The position numbers and the translations under genes were made by a program. A stretch of 64,000 bases of DNA from a bacterium (GTDB taxonomy: Bacteria; Margulisbacteria; Marinamargulisbacteria; GCA-2716485; JAYNIM01), in the NCBI GenBank assembly GCA_038109055.1, contig JAYNIM010000003.1, forward strand, positions 20,269-84,268. The letters run 5' to 3'. The notes below the pieces were generated by a model, which ran no database searches, was not told the DNA's origin, and worked only from the letters and a program-made list of their open reading frames with translations. How positions within the stretch are numbered: the stretch's first letter is position 1; every line of letters begins with the position of its first letter. Shown piece after piece: positions 49,809 to 59,702 of this stretch.

Positions 49809-51638
49809 TTATTTTTTTTGAGTTGCTAGGTATATTTCGGAGGAAAAATTATTTTTCATTTCTTGATAAGCAATTTCTTTGGCTTCTTTTTTCCTATTTG
49901 ATTTTCCTGTTGATTGAAAGGTCTTTGTTTCTGTATTTATACTTAAGGTAATGATAAAAAGTGGAAGTTTATTTTGACCTATCATGGTATTTGTTTGGTA
50001 AGATATGTTCCATTTTCTTTTTTGACATTGTTCATTTAGTTCACTAATAATATTTTTTTCTTTTTCTTGAGGTGTTTTTATTGTTAAGGTTTCTTTTTCG
50101 TCTTTGTTTACTAGAGAGTTCGTCAGATAGTGTTGAATGAATCCGACAGCGGCTAAATCTTTTGCTAATTGTTTTCTTTTATTTGTATATGGTAACTTTG
50201 TTGTTTTTCTTTCTTTATTTATTGTAATACAAACCCTCATTATAAATATCATGTTTGTAGATTCGTCTATTAATTCATAATTATCCCAAGTGGATGTGAT
50301 TTGACAGGCAATGTTAATGATTTGAATAGCTAACCCAGGTGCGTTTTTTAGATAGTTTAGTATATTTTCTTGAATGTTTTTAAAACTAGGGTTTTCTTTT
50401 GATAAAATCGTTAGTTGATATAGTTGTGTGGGGAGAATTGAGTTTTCGTAAAGATGTTTTTTTAAATAATTTTCTATATTAGTAAGGACGTTTTGTTTTG
50501 AGAGAAGTTCGTCATTAATGGCAATTGATAAGTCATTTGAGTTTTGAATGTTTTGTGTATGATGTAACTTTATTTGGTAGTTATAATTGCTATTTGTTTT
50601 AGATATATTTTTTTGTAGTATATTGAGATGATTTGATAGGAGTAGTAATTCATTTTTTTGATAGGGGATGGGGGTATTTTTGATTAGGCTCTTTAGAATC
50701 CGTAAATTGACAAGACTAGGGTATCTATAGATTGGGTCACAGATGAATAGATAACAGGCTAAGTTTTGAGAAAAAAAAGGGGTAGGGTTAGTGTCATAAA
50801 ATGCTTTGTTAGAGATTTTTTTTAATTTGTTATTATAACTTGTAATATTATCTGTAGATAAGGTCTCTTTTTCTAATAAATCAATTAACTCTTGTCTTTT
50901 ATCTTCGGTAGTATTGAGACTATGATTGTAAAAGAGACCGGGCGTGTCACTTTGTTGAAAAAATGATGCAATTAATTGCTGGCACAATAGTTGAAATTCT
51001 TGTTGTATTAAAAAGCATTCAAAGTTTTTATGGCTGTCTAATGGTGTTAAAATACCTAATTCTTGACAGGTGAGACCATTTTTATTGTTAAAGTAACAGA
51101 GTGCTTTTTTTTCTTTTCTTTGTTTGTATAAGCCATTTGCTATTTTTAAGCATAAGCGTATATGTTTTGTACTTTGTTGGTCTGTGTTTTGTTCTAATAA
51201 GTGATTAGCTGCTTGGAAAGAGAGTGTTAATGATTGTTTTAATGAGGCTTGAGAAAAATTACATGTTTCTGGTAAAAAATCTTGATTGAGATGACAGGAT
51301 ATTAATATGCAGGAATTTTTGTTTTCTGTTTTTAATGATAGTTGAGTATCTATTAAAGGTTCAGGGAACATGAAGATGGGATTTGTATTAGAAAATCGGG
51401 TAAACCCAATAAGACGTGCTTGACGATCTAAAAGGTCGTCTCTTTTTATAATTTCAGTGATATCGGATAGTAATATATTTAATTCAAAACCGTTTTCTTT
51501 TTCTTTTGTTGAATAGGCCATGTTAGTTGCCTTAGAATATGGATGCTCTATGCTGGTTGCACAGTCATTAAATGTACGCTCTTTCATAGAAAAAACAATT
51601 TGTTTTTCTTTTGTTGAAATGGTCAAATAACCCTCCAA
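49809..51638 (-). CDS. Protein with two C-terminal double-stranded RNA-binding domains
   Basis: IISELNEQCQKRKW..SY....G....PLFIITLSI......STG...KKEAKEIAY, and IINIACQIT..W...RKQLAKDLAA; no RNase III signature. Confidence 0.7.
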   Translation of the reverse strand: MEGYLTISTKEKQIVFSMKERTFNDCATSIEHPYSKATNMAYSTKEKENGFELNILLSDITEIIKRDDLLDRQARLIGFTRFSNTNPIFMFPEPLIDTQLSLKTENKNSCILISCHLNQDFLPETCNFSQASLKQSLTLSFQAANHLLEQNTDQQSTKHIRLCLKIANGLYKQRKEKKALCYFNNKNGLTCQELGILTPLDSHKNFECFLIQQEFQLLCQQLIASFFQQSDTPGLFYNHSLNTTEDKRQELIDLLEKETLSTDNITSYNNKLKKISNKAFYDTNPTPFFSQNLACYLFICDPIYRYPSLVNLRILKSLIKNTPIPYQKNELLLLSNHLNILQKNISKTNSNYNYQIKLHHTQNIQNSNDLSIAINDELLSKQNVLTNIENYLKKHLYENSILPTQLYQLTILSKENPSFKNIQENILNYLKNAPGLAIQIINIACQITSTWDNYELIDESTNMIFIMRVCITINKERKTTKLPYTNKRKQLAKDLAAVGFIQHYLTNSLVNKDEKETLTIKTPQEKEKNIISELNEQCQKRKWNISYQTNTMIGQNKLPLFIITLSINTETKTFQSTGKSNRKKEAKEIAYQEMKNNFSSEIYLATQKK

Positions 51639-51742
51639 ATTATTATTTTGAGTATATAAAATATTGTAGCAAAAAAAATATTAAAAGCAATTTTTTATGT
51701 CATTATTTTGTTTTTTTGTGTGTATATAAATGAGGGGGGTGT

Positions 51743-52669
51743 TTACTTGTTTAGGTTTGTATTTAATATGATTGCATTTTTTATACTTAGGTTGATATAG
51801 CTATGACTGTGTGGATATTTTTCTGATGGATAAATATGTAAATTTTTAAGGCTGATGGTGTGATCTATCTTTTTTGCGGCTTTTTTGATGGATAATAAAG
51901 AGGTTTTGTTACCATTCTCGAGTGCAAATATCGTGTTTATTTTTTTTTGTTTTAATTTTTTTGCTATTTTTATGATTATATTATGGGTTGGGTGTGCATT
52001 TATAGGTAGAATTTGTGGAGTGAGATTGTAGGTCTTTAAAAACATATTTAAGGCGTTTGTATTGGTAACAACTAAACGTTTATTGGGCGGGATTTGTTTT
52101 ATTAAACGTTTAATTTCTTTGTGTGTTTCGTTCAATCGAAGGGTGTATATATATTTGTTTTTAGTATAAAAAGCTCTGTTTGTTTTATCTAGTTCTATTA
52201 GTTTTTTTTCTATTATTTCTAATGCTTGCTGCCATATTTTTGGGTCTAGGTAATAATGGTCATTTTTTTGCTTCATTTCTTTGGATAGTATGATTAGTCG
52301 TTTATCTTTTTTTCTCTTTTCTTGTTTTTTGTAAATTGTTTCTGTCTGTTTTGTGTTCATGCTGATAATTAGATCAGCTTTTTTTAAGGCTTTTTTACTT
52401 TTTTTACTTAATTTATTTTTTTTTTTGTTTAGGGTGATAGTGTGTCTATTACAGCGCGAGAAAGCGATATGAAAAATAGCCTCATCTACTAGTTTGTTCG
52501 TACTTACTATATTTAGTTGTCTTTCGTGAATAGATATAGATGGGGGCGTTTTTATTAAAAGAAAATACCCGATGATACTGAGTGTTAGGATTGTGGATAT
52601 TAAAATTATTTGGCGTTTTATTTTTTTAGTAAAGACTTTTTTTTGATCTATTTTTTTTTTAGATGGCAT
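51743..52669 (-). CDS. ZnuA/TroA-like solute-binding protein, degenerate and very basic
   Basis: N-terminal TM, IVST, ADLII, HYYLDP, L.ELD..N..FY.KN, IPP.KR.VVT. Confidence 0.65.
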   Translation of the reverse strand: MPSKKKIDQKKVFTKKIKRQIILISTILTLSIIGYFLLIKTPPSISIHERQLNIVSTNKLVDEAIFHIAFSRCNRHTITLNKKKNKLSKKSKKALKKADLIISMNTKQTETIYKKQEKRKKDKRLIILSKEMKQKNDHYYLDPKIWQQALEIIEKKLIELDKTNRAFYTKNKYIYTLRLNETHKEIKRLIKQIPPNKRLVVTNTNALNMFLKTYNLTPQILPINAHPTHNIIIKIAKKLKQKKINTIFALENGNKTSLLSIKKAAKKIDHTISLKNLHIYPSEKYPHSHSYINLSIKNAIILNTNLNK

Positions 52670-52775
52670 TATTTTTTTTAGTATATACAGTTTGTACTGA
52701 AAAGTCTTGAAGGATTTAGAAAAAATTTGTATTTATTTGTGGGTAAGCTTCTTTTTTATTTAAAAATTATACATA

Positions 52776-52804
52776 TAGACGATAAGTCTAATAAAAGATA
52801 TAGT
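52776..52804 (+). promoter_or_regulatory. sigma70-like promoter of the KaiC-like operon
   Basis: TAGACG-N17-TATAGT, 14 nt before the ATG. Confidence 0.5.
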
Positions 52805-52818
52805 GGTTTATATTTCAT

Positions 52819-53535
52819 ATGGAACGATTAAATAGTGGTATAGAGGGCTTAGATAAGGTAATTTATGGGGGCTTTCCCTCGGATCGAGCTTATGTTATTT
52901 CGGGAGAGCCTGGAACTGGTAAAACTATTTTTTCTTTACAATATTTGTTAGCAGGATTACATAAAGGTCAAAGGGCTATTTATGTATCTATTGATGAAAA
53001 GCCAGCGCATGTTATTTTGGATGCGTTGTCTTTAGGATGGGATTTGCAATCGTTTTTAGACAACGGTCAATTGAAAATTATTGATGTTACTAGGTATTTT
53101 TCTTCTGCTAAGACGAATGATCAAGATGCTGTTTCTTTAAATCGTGCGATAGAGGATATTTTGGGGTTTGTCAAAGAAAGTGGTGCAGAACGTTTGGCTA
53201 TAGATCCAATTGCGCCGATTATTTTTAATCCACGTCATGATGCTCAGACTATGGTGTCGTATATTCGTTCTTTGGTTTTTGAGCTTGAAGAATGTAGAGG
53301 GTGTACAACCTTGATGACGTCTTATGTACCTGTAGGTTCTCAGAGGCTTAGTCTGCATGGTGTTGAGGAATATGTTGCCTCGGGTATTATTGTTTTAAAA
53401 CTCAAGCAAAATGATCAAGGTAAAAATATTCGAACTGTTGCGGTACGAAAAATGAGAGGAACTCGTATTGAATTATCAGAGTATAATTGTGAAATATTAC
53501 CGGAACGGGGCTTTGTTCTTCGGCAACCAGTATGA
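52819..53535 (+). CDS. Single-domain KaiC/RAD55-family ATPase
   Basis: SGIEGLD..I.GG.P, GEPGTGKT, YVSIDE, RLAID, GVEEYVASGIIVL, RTVAVRKMRG. Confidence 0.88.
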   Translation: MERLNSGIEGLDKVIYGGFPSDRAYVISGEPGTGKTIFSLQYLLAGLHKGQRAIYVSIDEKPAHVILDALSLGWDLQSFLDNGQLKIIDVTRYFSSAKTNDQDAVSLNRAIEDILGFVKESGAERLAIDPIAPIIFNPRHDAQTMVSYIRSLVFELEECRGCTTLMTSYVPVGSQRLSLHGVEEYVASGIIVLKLKQNDQGKNIRTVAVRKMRGTRIELSEYNCEILPERGFVLRQPV

Positions 53536-54641
53536 CTAAAATTTTAGTTGCTGATGATGAACATAATATTCTTGCTCTTTTAGAGATTATTCTTAAAGAC
53601 CTAGGTGCAACTGTAGTGTGTGCAGAGGATGGTCAGGTTGCTATTGATAAGCTTCAGGTTGAGAAGCCTGATTTAATTATTACGGATGTTGTGATGCCTA
53701 ATAAAAACGGTTTTGAAGTTTGTCGACATGTTCGAAGTATGCCTGATATAGCAGATACACCTATTATTATTTTGTCTGCTTTAGGAGATGAATATAATAA
53801 AATTACGGGGTTTGAAGAGGGGGCTGATGATTATGTTATTAAGCCCTTTAATGTCGAAGAGCTCAAAGCTCGAGCGAAGACCTTGTTGTTGAGACATGCC
53901 TCTAGGCAGGCTCACTTTTCTACAGTACCTCAGGCTTCAGTCACCATGGATGATCCTAAATTAATTCCAAGTAGTTATGCTGTTTTGGATATGAAGATGG
54001 GGGGAGGGATGCCAAAAGGGTCTAATATTTTGACGTTGGGATCGCTAGGTTTAGGCAAGTCTTTTTTTTGTCGCAGCTTTATTTGTGAGGGGCTTAAGCG
54101 AGAAGAGCCTTGTTTGTTTATTGCATTAGATGATGATCCTAAAAAAATTAGGCAAAGTTTGGAGCAGCAATTACCTGAGCCCTTGTCTTTTTATGAAGAT
54201 GCAGGCTTGTTTCGTTTAGTTGATGCTTTTTCGTGGTCGTCGATGACACAAGACAATGAGGAACAGTACGCGGTAAATGGTCATTTGGAGTTAACCCAAT
54301 TGTCGGGTGTTATTTCGGATGCAAGTTATGATTTGGGGCAGACTGTACAAGAAAAGAGAGGGGGGCGACGAGTGATTGATTCTATTTCTAGTTTGATGAT
54401 TCATTTTGATTTGGCTGCAGTTCAGCGTTTTTTAAACCAAATTGCGCGAACATCTATTGCCTTGGGAGATGTTACTACCTTGTTTTTGATGGAAGATGGT
54501 ACGGTTACTGAACAGGATCTTAACCATATTAAATATGTTATGGATGGTATCATTGAATTTAATTTGTATCAAAATCAGCGGGCCGTAAGAGTGACGTCCA
54601 TGAAATGGTCGTCGTATGATGGCGATTGGGTTGTTTTTTAA
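53532..54641 (+). CDS. Response-regulator receiver fused to a KaiC/RAD55-like ATPase domain
   Basis: REC: ILVADDE, DLIITDVVMP..NG, ILSA, GADDYVIKPF. Then LD..MGGGMPKG, GSLGLGKS, FIALDD, RVIDSIS, MDGIIE. ATGA overlap with the upstream gene. Confidence 0.85.
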   Translation: MTKILVADDEHNILALLEIILKDLGATVVCAEDGQVAIDKLQVEKPDLIITDVVMPNKNGFEVCRHVRSMPDIADTPIIILSALGDEYNKITGFEEGADDYVIKPFNVEELKARAKTLLLRHASRQAHFSTVPQASVTMDDPKLIPSSYAVLDMKMGGGMPKGSNILTLGSLGLGKSFFCRSFICEGLKREEPCLFIALDDDPKKIRQSLEQQLPEPLSFYEDAGLFRLVDAFSWSSMTQDNEEQYAVNGHLELTQLSGVISDASYDLGQTVQEKRGGRRVIDSISSLMIHFDLAAVQRFLNQIARTSIALGDVTTLFLMEDGTVTEQDLNHIKYVMDGIIEFNLYQNQRAVRVTSMKWSSYDGDWVVF

Positions 54642-54642
54642 C

Positions 54643-55929
<1,287 letters not shown>

Positions 55930-56072
55930 TTAGCGTAAGATTTGTAGAAAGAGAAGCGTTTTTTTAATGATGTATTAAGGAGTGGATTTCGTTATATTTT
56001 TTATGATGCATGTGTAAAAGGGATTTTGAGTGTGTTTATACGAAGTTTATTGGGTCTGGTTATGTGGAATAA

Positions 56073-56248
56073 GGTAGCCCCACTTTGCCGTTTTGCTGGA
56101 AATGTTCAATCCCTTTTGTCAGGGTGGGTTCTGCACAAGGCAGATAGCAGTTCATTATTAACGAACACGTTCAGATAATATCCAAACTCCCAATATAAAA
56201 ATGTTGGAAAAACATTAAGCCAGTAGGCACCAACAAAGTCGGGTTAGA
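56073..56248 (-). ncRNA. ssrS: 6S RNA
   Basis: Minus-strand rod: CCCGACUUUGUUGGU pairs with ACGGCAAAGUGGGG, and CUGG..AAUGUU with AACAUU.CCAG. Central bubble CCAACAUUUUUAUAUUGGGAG opposite CCCACCCUGACAAAAGGG, as in Bacillus and E. coli 6S RNAs. TGnTACTAT -10 element at 56252-56260. Confidence 0.78.
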
Positions 56249-56561
56249 TAAATAGTAACAAATTTTTAGGGTAAACAAAAATAATTGGTATGAATTTTCG
56301 TGTTATTTTTTTTTCTTTTTACTAATTACGCCCATTACTGGTATGGAAATGGGAGGTTTAGGCGTGGGTTTGTTTTTTTTGGGCATTTTTCTTCCTTTAA
56401 TCATGTTTTTCTATATTTAGATTATACCCTTTTCTTTTTATGTATAAACCTTTTTGTTGATTTACCTGTATTTGATATTTTATTTTTTTGATTTTTATGA
56501 GGATGTTTCTCATCATTATTAGATTTTTTGGCTGGTAGGAGTTTCAGATGTTTTGTAAGGT

Positions 56562-57242
56562 ATGGATATGCGTATTCAGAAATATTTGTCGCAACAGGGG
56601 AGGTTGTCTAGGCGTGAGGCAGAACGCTACATGCGGGAAGGATGGGTGAAGGTTAATGGGGTTGTGGTGACTGTGTTAGGTTCACAGATTGATCCAGTGG
56701 TTGATTGTGTAACGTTACATGCGCCTGCTGAGAAAACAAATACCTGTCTGCTTGCTTTTCATAAACCAGTGGGTATTGTCAGTCATAGTCCACAAAATGA
56801 TGAGAAGGAAATTAAAGATTTATTGCCTGAGAACTATCACAGTTTATCGCCGATCGGGCGCTTGGATAAGGCTTCTTCAGGATTGATTTTGTTAACGGAT
56901 GATGGGGTTTTGGCTCGTAAATTGCTCCAAGGGGATACACCTCATACGCGAAGGTACATTGTGACGACATCTTCAGAGTTAACGTCAGGACAACAACGTA
57001 AATGTGAAAAGGGACTAGTATTATTTGGTCAGAAAACGAAGCCTGTTTCTATCAAGCGAGTGGGGGATAAGTGTTATGAATGGACAATGATAGAAGGTAA
57101 GAATCGTCAAATTAGACGTATGATACAAAAGGTTGGCTCGAGTGTATTGGGGTTGAAACGCGTGTCTTTTGGACCCTATGTGTTGGGTGATTTGGGAGTA
57201 GGGGCGTATTGTGTTGTCGATGTGTCATTGATGGGTAAATAA
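56562..57242 (+). CDS. RsuA/RluB-family pseudouridine synthase
   Basis: S4 domain RIQKYLS..G..SRREAE, HKP.G, GRLDK.SSGL.LLTDDG, EGKNRQIRRM. Confidence 0.93.
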   Translation: MDMRIQKYLSQQGRLSRREAERYMREGWVKVNGVVVTVLGSQIDPVVDCVTLHAPAEKTNTCLLAFHKPVGIVSHSPQNDEKEIKDLLPENYHSLSPIGRLDKASSGLILLTDDGVLARKLLQGDTPHTRRYIVTTSSELTSGQQRKCEKGLVLFGQKTKPVSIKRVGDKCYEWTMIEGKNRQIRRMIQKVGSSVLGLKRVSFGPYVLGDLGVGAYCVVDVSLMGK

Positions 57243-57289
57243 GTAGTTTTTCATTGGTTGCCTGTTTTGTATATGGTAGACTTTGTGGT

Positions 57290-58135
57290 ATGAGACAAAT
57301 GACTCCTTATGGTGTTAGTGATTTTGTACCTGAAGAAACTACTTTTTTTCAGGAAAAGATACAGATTTTAAAGGAACTATTTGAGCAGCATCACTATCGA
57401 TCTGTTAAAACACCTACCTTGGAATACTATGATACATTGTCGTCGGCTATGGGGGATTATTTAAAAGAACAGGCGATTAAATTTGTTGATCGTTCGGGTC
57501 ATTTGCTTATTTTGCGTCCAGATCATACGACTCCCATTGCTCGTATGGTTGCGACCCGTATGGCGGAGACGCCGCGTCCTTTGCGTTTGTGCTATTTTGA
57601 TTCAGTTTTTCGTTTAAAAACAGGTGAACTTTGTGATGCTGTAGAGCGTTTTCAGGTGGGTGCGGAATGTATAGGTATTTCAGGGGTACAAGCTGAGCTA
57701 GAAACTATTTTACTTTGTATTCGTTGTTTGGAGGCGATGGGATTGACGGGCTTGTCGTTGGCCTTGGGGCATGTATCTTTTACTAAAGGGCTTAGTATGG
57801 AAGAAAAAGAGGCCTTATTAAACAAAGACTATACTATTTTGGGTGCTTTGCCTGACCGTGGAGATGCGACTTTATTTTCGGCCTTTCCTGATTTACAAGA
57901 TCTTACGTCTCAGTTGCAGAGTCAATTGATTTCGACACAGGTGTTTGTTGATAAATCGTTGGTGCATGGTTTGTATTATTATACGGGTTTAATTTTTGAA
58001 GTTTATATGAAGGGGATTGCCTTACCTGTGGCAGTAGGGGGGCGTTATGATCAGTTGTTGTCGAAATTTGGTGCTGATGATGCAGCAGTAGGTTTTGGTA
58101 TAGATATGACCTTGTTGGCGGAGTTTTTACAATAA
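57290..58135 (+). CDS. hisZ: ATP phosphoribosyltransferase regulatory subunit
   Basis: TP.GV.D, TPTLEY, LRPD.T.PIAR, FQVG.E, YYTG..FE, GGRYD.L; adjacent to short hisG. Confidence 0.9.
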   Translation: MRQMTPYGVSDFVPEETTFFQEKIQILKELFEQHHYRSVKTPTLEYYDTLSSAMGDYLKEQAIKFVDRSGHLLILRPDHTTPIARMVATRMAETPRPLRLCYFDSVFRLKTGELCDAVERFQVGAECIGISGVQAELETILLCIRCLEAMGLTGLSLALGHVSFTKGLSMEEKEALLNKDYTILGALPDRGDATLFSAFPDLQDLTSQLQSQLISTQVFVDKSLVHGLYYYTGLIFEVYMKGIALPVAVGGRYDQLLSKFGADDAAVGFGIDMTLLAEFLQ

Positions 58136-58137
58136 TT

Positions 58138-58749
58138 ATGAAAACGATTGCTGTTGCTAAAGGTTATTTGATGAAAGATGCGTTACACTTACTAGAAAGT
58201 GTGGGGATTGTGTTTGATATGAACGTGTTAGAAAGTCGGGCGTTGTCTTTTGTTGATCATTCCAAAAGCTGGACGTTGTTGGCGGTTCGCCCATGGGATG
58301 TTCCGGTTTATGTTGCACGAGGCGCAGCTGATTTTGGCATTGTTGGTTATGATGTGTTAGCCGAACAGCAGCAACATGTGTCGGTGTTAAAAAATTTAAA
58401 ATTTGGTCCCTGTTCGCTGATTTTGGCGACAGTTTTATCTGATTCTCCCTTTGTTTTAGAACATAATGTTCGGGTTGCTACTAAGTATCCTAAATGTGCA
58501 GAACGTTGGTTTTGTGAACAAGGTATTAAAGTAAGGTTAATTAAATTGTATGGAGCTGTAGAATTGGCTCCTTTGACAGGTTTAGCAGATATTATTTGTG
58601 ATTTGACTGCGACAGGTACAACTTTGAAAGAGAATGGCTTGTCTGTTGTTGAGACATTGTTTTCTTCTACGGCTCAATTGATTGCTAACCCAAGTGCTAT
58701 GGCTTTTTATTATGATGATGTGTCGGAGTTATTATCTAAATTAGGATGA
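58138..58749 (+). CDS. hisG: ATP phosphoribosyltransferase, short form
   Basis: AVAKG, DVPVYV..GAADFGIVG.DVL.E, ATKYP, GAVELAP..GLAD.I.D, TG.TLKENGL. Confidence 0.95.
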   Translation: MKTIAVAKGYLMKDALHLLESVGIVFDMNVLESRALSFVDHSKSWTLLAVRPWDVPVYVARGAADFGIVGYDVLAEQQQHVSVLKNLKFGPCSLILATVLSDSPFVLEHNVRVATKYPKCAERWFCEQGIKVRLIKLYGAVELAPLTGLADIICDLTATGTTLKENGLSVVETLFSSTAQLIANPSAMAFYYDDVSELLSKLG

Positions 58750-59279
58750 GTCGTTTTTTTGCCTTACGTGATTATTTGTCTATTTTAGATTCGTTGTTTA
58801 GACCTGATTTATTGACGGATCGTGTTGAGTCTATTGATCTTGATCAGTTGAAGACTCAGGGATATCAGATTTTGTTATTAGATATTGATAATACGGTATT
58901 GCGTATGGATGAACGAAAATTGTCTTTGCAGTGTTTACATTGGATTGAGCGTGCAAAAATGTTGGGGTTTTTATTGTTTTTTATCTCTAATAACTCTAAA
59001 CATAAACGGGTTGAGTTGGTGTGTGAACAAGCCAAAGTATCCGGACGTTTTTTTTCTTGTAAGCCTTTCCCCTTTTCTATTTGTGAATTACTAAAGTCAC
59101 TTTCTGTTAAGCCTGAAAAAGTGGTTGTGGTGGGAGATCAATTGTTTACAGATGTGCTTGTTTCTAATTGGATAGGCGCTTATTCTGTTTTGGTTGACCC
59201 ATTGGATAAACGTTTATCTTTTTTTAAAACGTTACAACGTCAGTTAGAATTGTCTATTTTGGGTTTTTTAGTCCATTAA
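58746..59279 (+). CDS. YqeG-family HAD-IIIA phosphatase
   Basis: LLDIDNT, ISNN, KP, VVGDQLFTDV. Confidence 0.9.
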   Translation: MSRFFALRDYLSILDSLFRPDLLTDRVESIDLDQLKTQGYQILLLDIDNTVLRMDERKLSLQCLHWIERAKMLGFLLFFISNNSKHKRVELVCEQAKVSGRFFSCKPFPFSICELLKSLSVKPEKVVVVGDQLFTDVLVSNWIGAYSVLVDPLDKRLSFFKTLQRQLELSILGFLVH

Positions 59280-59322
59280 AAACTCAGCGTTAAATTGCAA
59301 GATTCTTTATTTTTGATTAAAC

Positions 59323-59349
59323 CTAGCAATCTTTCTTTTATAATGCTAG
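59323..59349. promoter_or_regulatory. Degenerate CIRCE (HrcA operator)
   Basis: CTAGCAATC-N9-TAATGCTAG versus consensus TTAGCACTC-N9-GAGTGCTAA, just upstream of groES. Confidence 0.6.
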
Positions 59350-59385
59350 AATGGTCACTTAGAAAAAATAGAGGAGGAGTCTAAT

Positions 59386-59682
59386 ATGTCAAAATTGAAA
59401 TATAAACCATTGGGTGATCGAATTATTGTTGAGCCTGAAGCAGCTGAACATAAAACTAAGAGCGGGATTGTTTTACCTGATACGGCTCAAGAAAAACCAC
59501 AAAGAGGAAAGGTTTTAGCTGTTGGGAAAGGTCGTGTCACTGATGAAGGCAAAACTATTCCTGTGGAACTTAATGTTGGGGATGTTGTTATTTATGCCAA
59601 GTATGGTGGTACGGAATTAAAACAGGATGGCTTTGATTACTTGATTGTTAAAGAAAGTGATATTTTAGCTAAAGAAAATTAA
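59386..59682 (+). CDS. groES: Co-chaperonin GroES
   Basis: [37 protein letters not shown]. Confidence 0.99.
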   Translation: MSKLKYKPLGDRIIVEPEAAEHKTKSGIVLPDTAQEKPQRGKVLAVGKGRVTDEGKTIPVELNVGDVVIYAKYGGTELKQDGFDYLIVKESDILAKEN

Positions 59683-59702
59683 ATTCGGAGGAAAATTATA
59701 CT

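Noticed and set aside
52819..54641. A bona fide circadian clock
   Set aside because: No kaiA or kaiB in the window, no fused CI-CII protein, and no Ser/Thr phosphosite pair.
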